From contig JAZNSR010000062.1 in assembly GCA_045591335.1 (NCBI GenBank), forward strand, positions 1 through 60,898: a stretch of DNA of 60,898 nt, read 5' to 3'. The position numbers and the translations under genes are program-made. Of this stretch, positions 59,368 through 60,898 are shown piece by piece. Origin of the DNA: Faecousia sp. (GTDB lineage: Bacteria; Bacillota; Clostridia; Oscillospirales; Oscillospiraceae). The notes under the pieces were generated by a model. The model was not told the DNA's origin. It saw only the letters and a list, made by a program, of their open reading frames with translations, and did not search any database. Position 1 is the stretch's first letter. The number at the start of each line of letters is the position of its first letter.

Positions 59368-59595
59368 ATGCAAACTCAGCATTATAACAAATATAAACTT
59401 TTAGGGCTGAACATTGCTTACTACCGCAAGGAAAAGGGCATTTCCCAAAGCCAACTGGCAGAATTGGTTAACATCAGCAGGACCCACATGAGTCGAATCG
59501 AAACTGCTGACTGTGCTGTGTCTTTGGATGTGGTATTCGCCATATGCGAGGCTTTGTGTATCAAACCCGCCAAGATATTTGATTTTCGTGACTAA
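59368..59595 (+). CDS. XRE-family HTH regulator
   Basis: IAYYRKEKGISQSQLAELVNISRTHMSRIE; GAGGTG RBS. Confidence 0.88.
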   Translation: MQTQHYNKYKLLGLNIAYYRKEKGISQSQLAELVNISRTHMSRIETADCAVSLDVVFAICEALCIKPAKIFDFRD

Positions 59596-59658
59596 AATAG
59601 AAAATGCCGCATTGATTCATGAAACAATTTACCATAACGCTCAATTATGCATATATAC

Positions 59659-59690
59659 AAACAGAACCTAAATGGGTTCTGTTTCTTTTG
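59659..59690 (+). terminator. intrinsic terminator
   Basis: aaacagaacc/ggttctgttt + T-rich tail. Confidence 0.65.
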
Positions 59691-59717
59691 TTTATTTCAC
59701 TTTTTTCAAAAAAGCCC

Positions 59718-59746
59718 TTGTAAAATCCACAGTTTTGGCGTATACT
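59718..59746 (+). promoter_or_regulatory. sigma-A promoter of asnS
   Basis: TTGTAA-N17-TATACT. Confidence 0.6.
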
Positions 59747-59780
59747 TTTAGAATATTACTGGCAAAGAGAGGGAATGGAT

Positions 59781-60898
59781 ATGGAACTGATTTCCGTTCG
59801 AGAATTATTCAAAAACGCCGATGCTTACCTGGGCAAAGAAATTGAGATCGGCGGCTGGGTCCGCAATCGCCGCCCCAGCAAGCAATTCGGTTTTATTGTG
59901 CTGAACGACGGCACTTATTTCACCCCCGTGCAGGTGGTGTATAACGACTCCATCGAGAATTTCCAGGAGATCTCCAAAATCAACATCGGCGCTGCGCTGA
60001 TCGTCAAGGGTACTTTGGTGCCCACCCCCGATTCCAAGCAGCCCTTTGAGATCCAGGCAAGCTCCGTGACAGTTGAGGGCGCCTCCACCGGCGACTATCC
60101 CCTGCAGCCCAAGCGGCACACCATGGAATACCTGCGCACCATCACCCATCTGCGTCCCCGGACCAACACCTTCCAGGCTGTATTCCGTGTGCGCAGCCTG
60201 ATCGCCCACGCCATCCACTGTTTCTTCCAGGAGCGGGATTTTGTGTATGTGCACACTCCCCTGATTACCGGCTCTGACTGCGAAGGCGCAGGCGAAATGT
60301 TCCAGGTGACCACCCTGGACCTTGCCAACATCCCCATGACCGAGGACGGCAAGGTGGATTTCTCCCAGGACTTCTACGGCAAGCCCACCAATCTGACCGT
60401 TTCCGGTCAGCTCAACGGTGAGACCTTCGCCATGGCCTTTAAGAACATCTACACCTTCGGCCCCACCTTCCGGGCAGAAAACTCCAACACCACCCGCCAC
60501 GCCTCCGAGTTTTGGATGATCGAGCCGGAGATCGCCTTTGCAGACCTGCAGGACGATATGCGCCTGGCGGAGGATATGATCAAATACATCATTTCTTATG
60601 TTTTGGAGCACGCCCCCGAGGAAATGGAATTCTTCAACCAGTTTGTGGATAAGGGTCTGCTGGAGCGGCTGAATCACGTGATGAACTCCGATTTTGGTCA
60701 TGTGACTTACACCGAAGCGATCGAGATCTTGGAAAAGTGCAACGACAAGTTCCAGTATCCGGTTCACTGGGGCAGTGATCTGCAGACGGAGCACGAGCGT
60801 TATCTGACTGAGGAGGTCTTTAAGAAGCCTGTTTTCGTCACTGATTATCCGAAAGAGATCAAGGCATTTTACATGAAGCTTAACCCCGACGGAAAGAC
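59781..60898 (+). CDS. asnS: asparaginyl-tRNA synthetase (partial, runs off window; absent from ORF track)
   Basis: manual translation [11 protein letters not shown]...GWVRNRR..FIVLNDG...LTVSGQL...[25 protein letters not shown]. Confidence 0.92.
   Translation, partial: MELISVRELFKNADAYLGKEIEIGGWVRNRRPSKQFGFIVLNDGTYFTPVQVVYNDSIENFQEISKINIGAALIVKGTLVPTPDSKQPFEIQASSVTVEGASTGDYPLQPKRHTMEYLRTITHLRPRTNTFQAVFRVRSLIAHAIHCFFQERDFVYVHTPLITGSDCEGAGEMFQVTTLDLANIPMTEDGKVDFSQDFYGKPTNLTVSGQLNGETFAMAFKNIYTFGPTFRAENSNTTRHASEFWMIEPEIAFADLQDDMRLAEDMIKYIISYVLEHAPEEMEFFNQFVDKGLLERLNHVMNSDFGHVTYTEAIEILEKCNDKFQYPVHWGSDLQTEHERYLTEEVFKKPVFVTDYPKEIKAFYMKLNPDGK

Noticed and set aside
48280-59760. Island or prophage integrated at the tRNA genes
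   Set aside because: No integrase or phage genes, and I did not find a duplicated tRNA 3' end by eye
59596-59780. T-box leader for asnS (also checked upstream of 13623)
   Set aside because: The promoter lies about 35 bp from the start, and no TGGNACC T-box or antiterminator was seen in either leader
59805-60794. 329-aa minus-strand ORF
   Set aside because: Antisense to asnS, which the track missed because it has no stop inside the window

Overview
Gene-dense chromosomal window from a spore-forming anaerobic Clostridia bacterium; an Oscillospiraceae-like gut or rumen organism is my inference from gene content. It holds housekeeping genes (D-lactate dehydrogenase, gpsA, rubrerythrin, SASP, tRNA-Met and tRNA-Glu, 5' part of asnS) and carbohydrate-use genes (three GH2, GH3, GH13, SGNH, two MFS). 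One GH2 sits in a probable TetR/permease/FMN-class beta-glucuronidase locus. Also present are a GT8/acyltransferase lipid operon, a yybP-ykoY riboswitch ahead of a P-type ATPase, a BlaI/BlaR1-like pair with visible operators, and two copies of a palindrome-rich MITE-like repeat. Two cell-surface loci stand out. (1) 53220-59595 is an AT-richer, non-cellulosomal cohesin-dockerin locus: a collagen-stalk lipoprotein ending in a cohesin, plus a secreted protein carrying BOTH a similar cohesin and a dockerin, followed by a Ser/Thr-rich domain resembling beta-pore-forming toxins. It is a candidate self-extending surface display system. (2) 31762-38132 is a nine-gene operon with two SipW peptidases, six SipW-type (TasA-like) substrates and a sortase-motif protein, a candidate multi-subunit fibre. 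All calls come from motif recognition by eye; no database searches were run. Starts were adjusted to the best RBS-supported codon.
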